NCBI GenBank assembly: GCA_964398665.1
Contig: CAYNNN010000003.1
Location: 55-64,054 of the forward strand
DNA: 64,000 nucleotides
Direction of reading: 5' to 3'
Source of the DNA: an uncultured Gammaproteobacteria bacterium
Lineage (GTDB): Bacteria > Pseudomonadota > Gammaproteobacteria > CAYNNN01
This document shows positions 1-9,936 of the stretch, piece after piece (position 1 is the first letter of the stretch; every line of letters starts with the position of its first letter). Both the position numbers and the translations under genes were made by a program. The notes beneath the pieces were generated by a model. The model ran no database searches. It worked only from the letters and a program-made list of their open reading frames with translations, and was not told the origin of the DNA.

Positions 1-219
1 AGCACCCCGTTTGCGGCTCAGGTGGCTGCGGAAAAAGCGGCTGAGGTGGTTAAGGAGTTTGGGATGAAGTCCCTGGACGTTCTGGTCAAGGGGCCGGGAC
101 CGGGCCGTGAATCTGCGGTGCGTGCCCTGCACAACAGCGGCTTCAAGATCACAAACATCCAGGATATTACCCCGATTCCCCATAACGGTTGCCGCCCACC
201 CAAGCGGCGCCGGGTATAG
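1..219 (+). CDS. rpsK: 30S ribosomal protein S11, C-terminal part (5' partial at window edge)
   Basis: C-terminus ...[44 protein letters not shown] is the conserved S11 tail; sits before rpsD-rpoA-rplQ as in the alpha operon. Confidence 0.9.
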   Translation, partial: STPFAAQVAAEKAAEVVKEFGMKSLDVLVKGPGPGRESAVRALHNSGFKITNIQDITPIPHNGCRPPKRRRV

Positions 220-239
220 TTTTAGTACGAGGATACACG

Positions 240-860
240 ATGGCTCGCTATCTAGGCCCCAGCTGCAAGTTGGCCCGGCGCGAAGGTGTTGATTTACACC
301 TTAAAAGCGGCGTCAAGGCGTTTGAGAACAAGTGCAAGTCGGAACATCCACCAGGCCAGCACGGTCAACGGCGGGGACGTTTGAGCGACTACGGGGTGCA
401 GCTGCGGGAAAAGCAGAAATTGCGCCGGATTTATGGGGTGCTGGAGCGGCAGTTCCGGAATTATTTCCACGAGGCGGCCGCCCGTAAGGGATCGACCGGC
501 GAGAATTTGCTGAAGCTGCTGGAAGGGCGCCTGGACAATATTGTTTACCGGATGGGCTTTGCGACCACACGTGCTGAAGCGCGGCAGATGGTGTTACATA
601 AGGCGATCACGGTTAACGGCAATGGCGTGAACATCCCCTCCTACCAGGTGGAAGCCGCAGATCAAATTGCGGTGCATGAGAAGTGCAAACAGCAGTTACG
701 GGTGCAAAACGCCGTGCAGCTGGCTCAGCAGCGCGAAGTCGCACCTTGGCTGGAAGTCAACTTCACGGAGCTGTCGGGTACTGTCAAAGAGTTGCCAAGT
801 CGCGCCGAGTTGCCGCAAGATTTACACGAGCAGCTCGTAGTCGAACTGTACTCCAAGTAA
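240..860 (+). CDS. rpsD: 30S ribosomal protein S4
   Basis: [19 protein letters not shown]... 206 aa, ATG at 240 after AGGA; track ORF 189 begins at an upstream alternative start. Confidence 0.93.
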   Translation: MARYLGPSCKLARREGVDLHLKSGVKAFENKCKSEHPPGQHGQRRGRLSDYGVQLREKQKLRRIYGVLERQFRNYFHEAAARKGSTGENLLKLLEGRLDNIVYRMGFATTRAEARQMVLHKAITVNGNGVNIPSYQVEAADQIAVHEKCKQQLRVQNAVQLAQQREVAPWLEVNFTELSGTVKELPSRAELPQDLHEQLVVELYSK

Positions 861-870
861 GGGGGCTGAT

Positions 871-1872
871 ATGGCAAGTTTTGCCAGCGATTTTCTCAAG
901 CCGGATCTACGGGTCGAGAATATCGGGCCGCACCGGGCCAAGGTCGTGCTTGAGCCGCTGGAACGGGGCTTCGGGCATACGGTTGGTAATGCGTTGCGCC
1001 GCATTCTGCTATCCTCAATTGTGGGTTATGCCGTCACGGAAGTCGAGATCGAAGGTGTGCAGCATGAATACATGACACTGCCCAACCTGCGTGAAGATGT
1101 CATTGACGTGTTGCTGAATCTGAAGCAGCTGGCCGTGCGACTGCATACGCGCACTGAAACGACGCTACGCTTGGAAAAGCAGGGGCCGGGCGAGGTGCGT
1201 GCTGGCGACATCCAGGCTGATCATACGACCGAGATTTTGAATCCGGATTTGGTCATTGCGCATCTGGATCAGGGTGGTCGCCTGTCCATGCAGTTGAAGA
1301 TCGAAGCGGGACGTGGCTATCAGGTTGCTACGGTGCGTCGCGATGCCGCTGGACGTGATCGTCCGATTGGGCGGTTGTTCATCGATGCTTCTTTCAGCCC
1401 CATTCGGCGTGTGGCTTATGTGGTGGAACGGGCTCGTGTCGGTCAGCGTACTGATCTCGACTGCCTGGTGATGGACATTGAAACCAATGGTGCCCTGCAT
1501 CCTGAGGAGGCAGCGCGGCTGGCGGCCGGGATTTTGCAGGAACAGCTTTCGGTGTTTGTGGCGCTGCATCTGCCGGAAGAGCGCAAGGTGGAGCCACAGG
1601 TCGAAACGGTGGACCCACTGTTGCTGCGGCCCATTGACATGCTGGAGCTGACGGTGCGGGCAGCCAACTGCCTCAAGGCCGAGCAGATTTTCATCATTGG
1701 CGATCTGGTGCGGCGTACCGAAGTCGAGTTATTGAAAACCCCGAATCTGGGCAAGAAGTCGCTGACCGAAATCAAGGAGGTTTTGGGACGTTACGGCTTG
1801 TCGCTGGGGATGCGTCTGGCGCATTGGCCGCCGGCTGAGTCTGCGGGTATTGCCGCCGAGTCTTCGTCTTAA
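871..1872 (+). CDS. rpoA: DNA-directed RNA polymerase subunit alpha
   Basis: 333 aa, conserved alpha NTD/CTD sequence, GGGGG RBS, order rpsD-rpoA-rplQ. Confidence 0.95.
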   Translation: MASFASDFLKPDLRVENIGPHRAKVVLEPLERGFGHTVGNALRRILLSSIVGYAVTEVEIEGVQHEYMTLPNLREDVIDVLLNLKQLAVRLHTRTETTLRLEKQGPGEVRAGDIQADHTTEILNPDLVIAHLDQGGRLSMQLKIEAGRGYQVATVRRDAAGRDRPIGRLFIDASFSPIRRVAYVVERARVGQRTDLDCLVMDIETNGALHPEEAARLAAGILQEQLSVFVALHLPEERKVEPQVETVDPLLLRPIDMLELTVRAANCLKAEQIFIIGDLVRRTEVELLKTPNLGKKSLTEIKEVLGRYGLSLGMRLAHWPPAESAGIAAESSS

Positions 1873-1885
1873 AGGAGTCTGATTT

Positions 1886-2260
1886 ATGCGTCACCGTAAT
1901 GCCGGGACCAAACTGAACCGTACCAGTAGCCACCGGAGTCTGATGTTCCGTAACATGGCAGTGTCTTTGATTCAGCATGAGCTGATCAAGACCACGCTGC
2001 CCAAGGCCCGGGAATTGCGTCGGGTTGCCGAACCGCTGATTACCTTGGCCAAAACCGATAGCGTAGCCCAGCGGCGGCTGGCGTTCTCACGGCTACGGGA
2101 TCGTGAAGCGGTGACCAAGCTGTTTACCCAGCTGGCGCCGCGCTATTTGAAGCGTCCCGGTGGCTATCTGCGCATCTTGAAGTGTGGGTTCAGGGCAGGC
2201 GACAATGCCCCGATGGCCTACGTTGAACTGGTTGATCGTCCGCAAGCGTCGCAGGACTGA
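1886..2260 (+). CDS. rplQ: 50S ribosomal protein L17
   Basis: 124 aa [17 protein letters not shown]... typical L17. Confidence 0.93.
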   Translation: MRHRNAGTKLNRTSSHRSLMFRNMAVSLIQHELIKTTLPKARELRRVAEPLITLAKTDSVAQRRLAFSRLRDREAVTKLFTQLAPRYLKRPGGYLRILKCGFRAGDNAPMAYVELVDRPQASQD

Positions 2261-2268
2261 GGGCCGTA

Positions 2269-2292
2269 CACTCCTGGTTCATGCCAGGAGTG
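2269..2292 (+). terminator. GC-rich perfect hairpin (CACTCCTGG-ttcatg-CCAGGAGTG) just after rplQ stop; candidate terminator or attenuator at the end of the alpha operon
   Basis: 9-bp perfect stem with 6-nt loop seen directly; downstream tract only weakly T-rich. Confidence 0.4.
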
Positions 2293-2340
2293 GTTACGAT
2301 AGCTGTTGGTCATTCCCCCGTTACCCACAGGAACTGCCGC

Positions 2341-3075
2341 GTGGGTCTGTTCATCCTTTATACTGACTACCACAGTCATAGCCCTTATGTCGGTCAGCTT
2401 AAGGCGGTGTTGGCGCATGCCCTGCCGCAGTGGCCGATCATCGATCTGCTGCACGATGCTCCGGCCTTCCAGCCGCGCTTGGCCGCCTACCTCCTGGCGG
2501 CATTCTGGTCGCATCTCCCACTCGGCAGCATTGTCATCGGCGTGGTTGACCCCGGTGTGGGTACCACCCGTGGTGTGTGTTGGGTTGAAGCGGATGGACG
2601 GCACTTCGTTGGCCCAGATAACGGCTTGATCAATCAGGTTGCCCAGCGGGCCACTGCTATTACCTGGCACGAGGTGCTGTGGCAGCCGCAGCGTCTGTCG
2701 GCCAGTTTTCATGGTCGGGACTGGTTTGCACCGTTAGCCGTGCGATTGGCGCGCGGCGAAAATTTTGCCCAGCGCACGGTGGTGGCAGCCGAGCGTATCC
2801 AGCCCTGGCCGCCGGATGTGGCGCAAATCATTTACCTGGATCCCTACGGCAATGCGTACAGCGGGGTTCGGGCCGAACCGCTGGCGCCGACTGCAACGCT
2901 GGTCTGGCGCGGCCACCGCCTGCCCCGGGTGCGCACCTTTGCGGATGTTCCACCCGGCGCCCCACTTTGCTACGCCAATAGTCAGGGCTTGCTGGAAATT
3001 GCAGTGAATGGCGGCTCGGCCCAGCAGGCGCTGGGTCTGTTTTTAGGCGCGGTGGTAACGTTGGCGACTTCATGA
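2341..3075 (+). CDS. SAM hydroxide adenosyltransferase family protein (DUF62, fluorinase/chlorinase-like SAM hydrolase)
   Basis: LFILYTDYHSHSPYVGQLKAVL... VVDPGVGTTRG motifs; proposed GTG start at 2341 preceded by AGGAA; track ORF begins at 2281. Confidence 0.7.
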   Translation: MGLFILYTDYHSHSPYVGQLKAVLAHALPQWPIIDLLHDAPAFQPRLAAYLLAAFWSHLPLGSIVIGVVDPGVGTTRGVCWVEADGRHFVGPDNGLINQVAQRATAITWHEVLWQPQRLSASFHGRDWFAPLAVRLARGENFAQRTVVAAERIQPWPPDVAQIIYLDPYGNAYSGVRAEPLAPTATLVWRGHRLPRVRTFADVPPGAPLCYANSQGLLEIAVNGGSAQQALGLFLGAVVTLATS

Positions 3076-4461
3076 ATCCCGGACGTGACGCATGAGCCGC
3101 TGGCGTTTTTGTATCTGCCGGGGCGTCAGGACATTTTTTTTGCCTGCATAGGGATTGTGCCCGGTCTTGTATTCGATGCGCAGGGGTACCCCGATGAGTT
3201 TGAGCGCGTCCCGGTAGCAGCCGGCCAGATAGCGGGTGTAATGCTCAGGTACGGCCTCGGTCTGATTGCCATGAATGACCAGCAGATTTTGCCCACCCTG
3301 GTGGGCGTAGCGCAGCTTGATCCGACGTCCATGCACTAACGGAGGCTGGTGTTTGGCCACAAATTGAGCCAATAATTCGGTCAGCTGGTGCGTTTCCAGC
3401 TTGGCAGTGGCTGCCTGATGGACCTGCTGAATCAGGGGAAATAAATCTCCAACCCCGCTGCCGTGCAGCGCCGAGATAAAACGCAGGGGCGCAAAACTCA
3501 GAAATGGCAATTTGATGTCCAGTTGGCGCCGGATATTGGTGCGGCCGTCCTGATTCAGACCATCCCATTTGTTGATCACAACGATGATGCCTTTATTTTG
3601 CTCCAGTAGCAAACCCGCCAAGGTAGCATCCTGTTCGCTGATTTCGCTATGGGCATCCAGAACCAGTATCGTGACCTGTGCAGCTTCTACGGCTTGCAGT
3701 GTCTTAATAATACTGAATTTTTCAATTACATCACTGACGCGGGATCGACGGCGCACTCCGGCCGTGTCGATCAGCGTATAGGCGACCGCGTCACGGCTGA
3801 ACGGGATGAAGATACTGTCGCGGGTAGTGCCAGGCTGAGGGCTGACGATCACCCGATCTTCGCCCAGCATTCGGTTGATCAAAGTGGATTTTCCTGCATT
3901 CGGGCGCCCAAACAGCGCGACCCGGATGCGCGTTGCATCAAGCGTGGCAGGTTCCACGTCTGCTTCAGGCCTGGGGAATTGGCTGAGCAGGTGCTCCAGC
4001 AGGGGTATCACCCCAGTACCGTGGGCCGCAGAAATAGGCCAGGGCTGACCTAGACCCAAGGTATGGAATTCGCTTAGAATCTGCTGCAGATTCAGCCCTT
4101 CGGTTTTATTGACCCCCAAGACCAGTGGTTTCCCCAGCTTGCGTAGTTGCAGGGCCAGGGTATGGTCAAAGGCGTTGAGGCTGAACCGGCCATCGACGAG
4201 CAATAAAATTCCGTCCGCAGCCTCCAGGGCCCGGCGGGCCTGGAGTTCGCTTTGGGCAGCCACACCTTCCTGGGCACCGGTAAAACCGCCGGTGTCCACG
4301 ACGATATAGCCGCCGCCGCCGAGCTTGCCCAAACCGTATTGGCGGTCACGGGTCAGACCGGGCAAGTCGGCGACCAGAGCGGCCCGGGTTTGTGTCAGGC
4401 GATTGAAGAGCGTGGACTTGCCTACATTAGGCTGGCCCACCAGTGCGATCACAGGGTTCAT
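3070..4461 (-). CDS. der: ribosome-associated GTPase Der/EngA
   Basis: Two tandem GTPase domains (GQPNVGKSTLFN and GRPNAGKSTLIN) plus KH-like C-terminus, 463 aa. Confidence 0.93.
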   Translation of the reverse strand: MNPVIALVGQPNVGKSTLFNRLTQTRAALVADLPGLTRDRQYGLGKLGGGGYIVVDTGGFTGAQEGVAAQSELQARRALEAADGILLLVDGRFSLNAFDHTLALQLRKLGKPLVLGVNKTEGLNLQQILSEFHTLGLGQPWPISAAHGTGVIPLLEHLLSQFPRPEADVEPATLDATRIRVALFGRPNAGKSTLINRMLGEDRVIVSPQPGTTRDSIFIPFSRDAVAYTLIDTAGVRRRSRVSDVIEKFSIIKTLQAVEAAQVTILVLDAHSEISEQDATLAGLLLEQNKGIIVVINKWDGLNQDGRTNIRRQLDIKLPFLSFAPLRFISALHGSGVGDLFPLIQQVHQAATAKLETHQLTELLAQFVAKHQPPLVHGRRIKLRYAHQGGQNLLVIHGNQTEAVPEHYTRYLAGCYRDALKLIGVPLRIEYKTGHNPYAGKKNVLTPRQIQKRQRLMRHVRDS

Positions 4462-5480
4462 AGGGTTCCAGGGGGACAGGCCCGTCCTGCCACCCAGGCT
4501 GCGCCCTGCAAACCCACATCCGGGTTGCGAATGACCGTGATCGGCATTTGCTCAAGCAGGGCTGTCATGGGGGGTTTGGCAAGGAAGGTAGCCAGAAAGG
4601 TTGTAGTTTGAATGACCGGGAGGATTTTAGCGGCAATGCCCCCGGCGAGATAGACCCCGCCGCTGGCTTTGGCGGTCAGGGCCAGGTTGCCGGCGACCGC
4701 CGCATAAATCCGGGCAAACAGATGCAGACTCTCTACCGCCAGCGCATCACGTTGAGCCAGGCCAAATGTGCTAATCAGTGCGGCAGTGTCGGCGTTTGTC
4801 TCCAGTGCAGCCTGGAGCGCCGGACCTGGCGTCTGCCCGCGCTCTGCCTGCAGGAAGGTAAACAATCTCACCAGCCCTGGCCCGGAGAGGACGTGCTCAA
4901 CGGAGACCCGGCCCAGTTGGGGATGCAGATGTTCCCACAGCCGCTGTGTTACGGTATCGAAGGGTGCAAAATCGGCGTGGCCACCTTCAGAAGCCAGGAC
5001 ATGATAAGCACCTTCCCGCCAGACCAGCAGCGCGACCCCCAGTCCGGTACCTGCCCCCAATACCACACGTGTGCCATGTGTTTCGGGATGCCCGGCCTGC
5101 AGGATCGTACAGTCTTCGGCGTGCAGGGTGCCGATGCCATAGCCCACTGCCTCAAAATCGTTGATCAACCGGGTTGGGCAGCCGATACTGAGGCTGAGTT
5201 GTCGGCTATCGAGCTGCCAGGGCAGATTGGTGATCCGAGCCAGTTGCTGGTCGCCCTGGTGGCGAATCGGGCCGGCAACCCCCAGGCAGGCTGCAGTTGG
5301 GGTGAATGAGGTCACTGGCTTGATACGCAGACAGAAGTCATCCAGCAGGGGCTGGAAGCCGGGATAGGCCGTGCTGGAATAGGACTGGCGCAGCAGGGTC
5401 TGGCATTGTTCGGCACTGACCTCGGCCAGGGCCAGCCGGGTCTGAGTGCCGCCGATATCGCCAGCAATTACGAGTGTCAT
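4458..5480 (-). CDS. glk: glucokinase
   Basis: MTLVIAGDIGGTQTRLAL... matches Glk over its whole length (GAGTGLGVA, EGGHADFAP); ATG at 5478-5480; track ORF extends 5' to 5780; 4-nt overlap with der. Confidence 0.85.
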   Translation of the reverse strand: MTLVIAGDIGGTQTRLALAEVSAEQCQTLLRQSYSSTAYPGFQPLLDDFCLRIKPVTSFTPTAACLGVAGPIRHQGDQQLARITNLPWQLDSRQLSLSIGCPTRLINDFEAVGYGIGTLHAEDCTILQAGHPETHGTRVVLGAGTGLGVALLVWREGAYHVLASEGGHADFAPFDTVTQRLWEHLHPQLGRVSVEHVLSGPGLVRLFTFLQAERGQTPGPALQAALETNADTAALISTFGLAQRDALAVESLHLFARIYAAVAGNLALTAKASGGVYLAGGIAAKILPVIQTTTFLATFLAKPPMTALLEQMPITVIRNPDVGLQGAAWVAGRACPPGTL

Positions 5481-5623
5481 GGGCCGCCTCACAGGGTCAG
5501 TTCGGGATACCCAAGAGGTTAGCATGTCCTGACCGTATCGTGTCGGGGAGGCAGATACCATGAAAGCGTGGGTTGTTGCTGGCCTGGCAGAACAGTTTTG
5601 GTTACGTTGGACGCCCCTTGAAC

Positions 5624-6707
5624 ATGAAAAAACCATTCTTGATATGCCTGGACCCGGCACTGTGGAAAAGCATGGCACCGGTGGTGGCGTGCGTGTTGCT
5701 GGTGGGTGTGTGGGGCCAGACACCGACAGGATGGCTGTTACCTGGCGTTGCTGGGTACCGTGCTGGTAGCGGTCCATCATGCCGAGGTGGTGGCATTGCG
5801 GGTGGGCGAACCCTTTGGAACGTTGGTGCTGGCGCTGGCGGTCACAATTATTGAAGTTTCGCTGATCGTGGCCTTGATGCTGTCAGGCGGGACTGTTGCG
5901 CAGGCCTTGGCCCGCGATATGGTATTTGCCACGGTGATGATCACGTGTAATGGCGTTGTGGGCTTATGCCTGCTGCTGGGCGCACTGCGCCACCGGGTCA
6001 TCGCCTTTCAGGTTGAGGGCACGACCCCGGCCTTGGCGGTATTGGCCACGCTGGCCACGCTGACGCTGGTCATGCCCAGTTTCACATCCAGCACGCCGGG
6101 GCCTACCCTGTCCTCTGCCCAGCTGGCTTTTGTAGGCGCAGTATCGCTGGCCTTGTACGCCATCTTTGTGTTTGTGCAGACGGTGCGCCACCGGGAATAT
6201 TTTCTGCCGGCCGGTGGTGAGGGCGAGGTCGGACAGCATGGTGTGCCATCACCGGGCGCAGTCTGGCTTAGTATGTTGTTATTGATACTCTCATTGGTCG
6301 TTGTCGTGGGACTGGCCAAAACCCTGGCCCCCCGCATTGAGGATGTTGTCAGGATGGCTGCCATCCCGCACACGGTTGTGGGCATTGTCATTGCACTCAT
6401 GGTGTTGCTCCCGGAAACCTGGGCGGCGGTGCGGGCGGCCCGACGCAACCGCATGCAGGCCAGTTTTAACCTGGCGCTGGGGTCTGCGCTGGCGACCATC
6501 GGCCTGACCATTCCGGCCGTAGCGGTTACTGTATTGTCCTTGGGCCTGCCCTTGCAGCTGGGTTTGCCGGATAAGGAGATCGCGCTACTGGCGCTCACCC
6601 TGCTAATTTCCACCATGACGCTATCACGTGGTCACGCCACGGTTCTGCAAGGTGCAGTGCATCTGGTCCTGTTTGCAGTATTTTTATTTTTGGCCGTTGT
6701 ACCTTAG
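5624..6707 (+). CDS. chaA: Ca2+/H+ antiporter ChaA (CaCA family), apparently frameshifted near 5745-5755
   Basis: Body in frame 3 (LLGTVLVAVHHAEVVALRVGEPFGTLVLALAVTIIEVSLI...) is ChaA-like. A plausible N-terminal TM segment (MKKPFLICLDPALWKSMAPVVACVLLVGVW) lies in frame 2 starting at ATG 5624. A +1 shift around cctggcGttgctg would join them. Confidence 0.6.
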
Positions 6708-6826
6708 CCTGTCTTGCGCAGTTGCACCTCCTGTTGGCAGGGTGCGCTTGGTCACTGACCGACAACTTGCGCATATGGGGGGGCGCAAAAGGCAGGTGTG
6801 GCTACCCCCTCGGAGCGCGACCACCG

Positions 6827-7792
6827 CTATTCCTCGGGGTGACAGATTTGCTGGCGGAGCATCGCCTGCAGGGTGCGTACCAGCAACAGGCCGATGACGA
6901 TGCTCACCATGCCCACCATCACGTGCCCCAGCAGGCCAAATAATGCCAGTTGCGTGTGTTGATACATGCCCAGGACTGCCAGTGCCAGTGCGGCCAGCGG
7001 GAAGGAGTAGGCCCACCAGGATAGGTAAAATTTCAGACGCCAGAATCGTTGTAGTTGAAAAATCAACAGCAGAAAGATGAACAAGCCAGTGTAAAACAAA
7101 ATCCGTGCCAGTGGGTCCAGGCTGCCGGTCAGGCCCAGATAGGCGCTAAAACCCACCGCTGGGGGGGCAATCAGGATGAACAGGGTCGGCGTCAATTTCT
7201 CGGGTAGAGGTGGATGGAAAATAAGCCGGTAAAACAGTACGGTCTGCAATACCACCCAGAATATCAGGCCGACGCTGAAATAAAACCAGCTTATTTCCGG
7301 GTGGGCGTGTTGCACACCTGCAATCGGGACCAGAATGTTGCCGACTACCGGGATGAACCAGGCCGGGTTGCTATGTTGAATCTGGAATTTGTCGTGATAA
7401 AGCCAGGCTGACAGGATGCTGAGGGTAAAAAGCAGTTGTCCTGCTGCGCCCACGGCCCAGAGTGCAAATGATAGGCCAGGGGCCAGTTTGACCGTAGCTG
7501 TGCCGAGTAAAATCAGACTGATGGTGATCGCCGGGAAAAAGCTGAGTTTGATCGGGTGCGCAAATTCCTGATGCACGCGCACTGGATGACGGAGGTATTT
7601 GAGGCCATATGCCCCTGCAATGCTCAAGAAGGCCAGCGCGCTGAGCGCCAGCAGCAGGTGGGCTACCCACTCCACAGGCAATCCGTACAGACTGGCATAG
7701 CGCTGCCAGACCAGCGTGATCCCGGTCAGGCCCATCACCAGGGCAAAAAACGTGACAGGCATGAATTCCAGGCGCGCAGGCGTATTCTTCAT
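6827..7792 (-). CDS. TehA/TDT-family (tellurite-resistance / C4-dicarboxylate, SLAC1-like) transporter
   Basis: 321 aa, 10 predicted TM segments, sequence characteristic of TehA/Mae1 family. Confidence 0.75.
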   Translation of the reverse strand: MKNTPARLEFMPVTFFALVMGLTGITLVWQRYASLYGLPVEWVAHLLLALSALAFLSIAGAYGLKYLRHPVRVHQEFAHPIKLSFFPAITISLILLGTATVKLAPGLSFALWAVGAAGQLLFTLSILSAWLYHDKFQIQHSNPAWFIPVVGNILVPIAGVQHAHPEISWFYFSVGLIFWVVLQTVLFYRLIFHPPLPEKLTPTLFILIAPPAVGFSAYLGLTGSLDPLARILFYTGLFIFLLLIFQLQRFWRLKFYLSWWAYSFPLAALALAVLGMYQHTQLALFGLLGHVMVGMVSIVIGLLLVRTLQAMLRQQICHPEE

Positions 7793-7848
7793 AAGAATTT
7801 AAGCTAATGCTAACTTGCAGGCACTATAGCAAAAAGGTGCCCAACCCG

Positions 7849-8589
7849 CTAGGGTGACAACCCAATCAGGCTGGCCATCCGCCCGCTCCGAGCGCCATCA
7901 CGCCGGTAGGAATAAAAGCGTCCGGTATCGGTACAGGTACAGTATTCACCGCCATAAATCCTTGTGATCCCCAATCTTTCCAGTCGTTGCCGTGCCAGGA
8001 TGTACAGGTCGCAATGCCAATGTCCGGGTCGGGTAGGTGTGAAGGCCTGGCGCGCCAGGATGTCCCCGGTCACAAAAGCCGCGTACACTTCACTGCCCAC
8101 CTCGTAGGCCTGTGGGCCGATGGCCGGGCCTAGCCAGGCCAGCAGTTGCGTGGGTGCTACCGGCAGGCTGTGTACTGTGGCTTCCAATATCCCGCCGACC
8201 AGGCCACGCCAGCCTGCATGTGCAGCGGCCACACAACTGGCATCCGCCGCACAAAAGAGCACCGGCAGACAGTCGGCGGTCAAAATGGCGCAATAGGTGT
8301 CGGCGCGATCGGTCCAGCTGGCATCTGCCTGACGGTCTGCGGGTGGGGCATGTGCGGCCACTACACGGGTGCCATGTACCTGCTCCAGCCAGCACGGTGC
8401 TTGCTTCAGGCCCAAATTCTGCTGCAAACGGGCGCGATTGGCTGCGACGGCTTCGGGGTCATCGCCGCCACGCTGACTCAGGTTCAAGCTGGCATAGGGA
8501 CCAGTACTGACCCCCCCACTGCGCGTGGTGACGACAGCCTGTACCGGGCGAGGGGCGGGCCACTGGGGGCGCAGGTAGGTGTCAGACAT
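7849..8589 (-). CDS. pgeF: peptidoglycan editing factor PgeF / YfiH (purine nucleoside phosphorylase-laccase domain, DUF152)
   Basis: 246 aa with conserved YfiH motifs (RSGGVS...SLNLS, CADCLPVLF, HAGWRG). Confidence 0.85.
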   Translation of the reverse strand: MSDTYLRPQWPAPRPVQAVVTTRSGGVSTGPYASLNLSQRGGDDPEAVAANRARLQQNLGLKQAPCWLEQVHGTRVVAAHAPPADRQADASWTDRADTYCAILTADCLPVLFCAADASCVAAAHAGWRGLVGGILEATVHSLPVAPTQLLAWLGPAIGPQAYEVGSEVYAAFVTGDILARQAFTPTRPGHWHCDLYILARQRLERLGITRIYGGEYCTCTDTGRFYSYRRDGARSGRMASLIGLSP

Positions 8590-9544
8590 GTGCTGCCTGC
8601 TGGGTATCCCTACGCAGCAGTTCCAATAACTGCGTCAGGTCATCAGGTGGGGGAACCGCCCAGGTGCTCAGTGCGCCTGTCTTTGGATGGTTCAGGCTCA
8701 GGCGCGTGGCGTGGAGAGCCTGACGCTTGAACTGGCGCAAGCCCACCGCCAGCTCGGGCATGGCCTGGGGGGGCAGACGTAGCCGGGCACCATAAGCGGG
8801 GTCGCCAACCAGCGGATAACCTCGGTGGCTCAGGTGGACCCGAATCTGGTGAGTACGTCCGGTTTCCAGTTGCACCTGCAGCAGGGTGTGGGCGCGAAAC
8901 CGCTCGGCAACCCGGTAGTGGGTGATGGCTGGCTTGCCTTTCAGCACGACTGCCATTTTGGTGCGCTGGTGTGGGTCACGGCCCAAAGGAGCCTCTATCG
9001 TCCCTCCAGCGAGGGGGGTGCCCTGTATCAGGGCCAGGTACTCGCGCTGCACCTGGTGCTGGGCCAGGGCTCGCACCAGTGCGGTATGCGCCACCAGCGT
9101 GCGGGCGACGACCAGCAGGCCGCTGGTGTCCTTGTCCAGGCGGTGTACCAGTCCGGCCCGAGGTAGCGCTGCCAGTTCGGGGGCGTAGTGCAGCAGGGCA
9201 TTTTGCAGGGTTGAATCCGGATTGCCGGCACCGGGGTGGGTGACCAGCCCGGCTGGTTTGTTGATGACGATGACGTGATCATCTGCATGGATGACATTGA
9301 GCGCGAGTGCCTGGGCGATACAATCGGAAGCATCGGTAGGCGGCAGCAGGATTTCCACCGCTTCGCCGCCCTGGATCCGGGTATTGGCCTTAAGCCCGGT
9401 GCGGCCATTGATGTGGATGAAACCACTCGCCAGCAAGGTTTGCAGATAATTGCGTGAATAGTCGGGCAGCATCCGGGCCAGTGCCTGATCGAGCCGCTGG
9501 CCCTGAGCCGTGGCAGGAAGGGTGATGGTATAGCACAGGGTCAT
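8582..9544 (-). CDS. rluD: 23S rRNA pseudouridine(1911/1915/1917) synthase RluD
   Basis: S4 domain N-terminus plus RluA-family catalytic core (HRLDKDTSGLLVVA), 320 aa, genomic association with yfiH. Confidence 0.9.
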   Translation of the reverse strand: MTLCYTITLPATAQGQRLDQALARMLPDYSRNYLQTLLASGFIHINGRTGLKANTRIQGGEAVEILLPPTDASDCIAQALALNVIHADDHVIVINKPAGLVTHPGAGNPDSTLQNALLHYAPELAALPRAGLVHRLDKDTSGLLVVARTLVAHTALVRALAQHQVQREYLALIQGTPLAGGTIEAPLGRDPHQRTKMAVVLKGKPAITHYRVAERFRAHTLLQVQLETGRTHQIRVHLSHRGYPLVGDPAYGARLRLPPQAMPELAVGLRQFKRQALHATRLSLNHPKTGALSTWAVPPPDDLTQLLELLRRDTQQAAHV

Positions 9545-9927
9545 GGCAGGCTGATGATGCCTTCTGCCCCACCACTGGCGGCCTTGATGGCCAGCTCATC
9601 CAGGCCCAAGTGGGGATAGTTCATGACCCGCAGCAACATCGGCAGATTGACGCCGCTCACCAGACGCGTCTGGCCCTGCGGCAGGAGCAGGCTGGCCAGA
9701 TTGCTGGGCGTGGAACCATACAGGTCGGTCAACATCAACACGCCGCCACCCTGGTGGACTTGCTGCCAGGCCTGCCGGAGCCGGTGGTACACCGTGTCTG
9801 CAACTTCGCTGCTGGTGACCGCGCAGTTGATAACCGGCAGCGGGTACGACCCCAGAATGTGTTGAGCGCTGTCCAGCAGGGCTGCACCGAGTTCGCCATG
9901 TGTCACCAGCAGCACGCCGACAGCCAT
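9541..9927 (-). CDS. PTS EIIA component, mannose/fructose family (nitrogen-PTS associated)
   Basis: 128 aa, VGVLLVTHGELGAALLDSA... LTDLYGSTP typical EIIA-Man; immediately downstream of hprK. Confidence 0.8.
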   Translation of the reverse strand: MAVGVLLVTHGELGAALLDSAQHILGSYPLPVINCAVTSSEVADTVYHRLRQAWQQVHQGGGVLMLTDLYGSTPSNLASLLLPQGQTRLVSGVNLPMLLRVMNYPHLGLDELAIKAASGGAEGIISLP

Positions 9928-9936
9928 GTTGTTGCC

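Noticed and set aside
4548-5309. 253-aa plus-strand ORF
   Set aside because: Antisense to glk, low complexity
6008-6616. 202-aa minus-strand ORF
   Set aside because: Antisense to chaA
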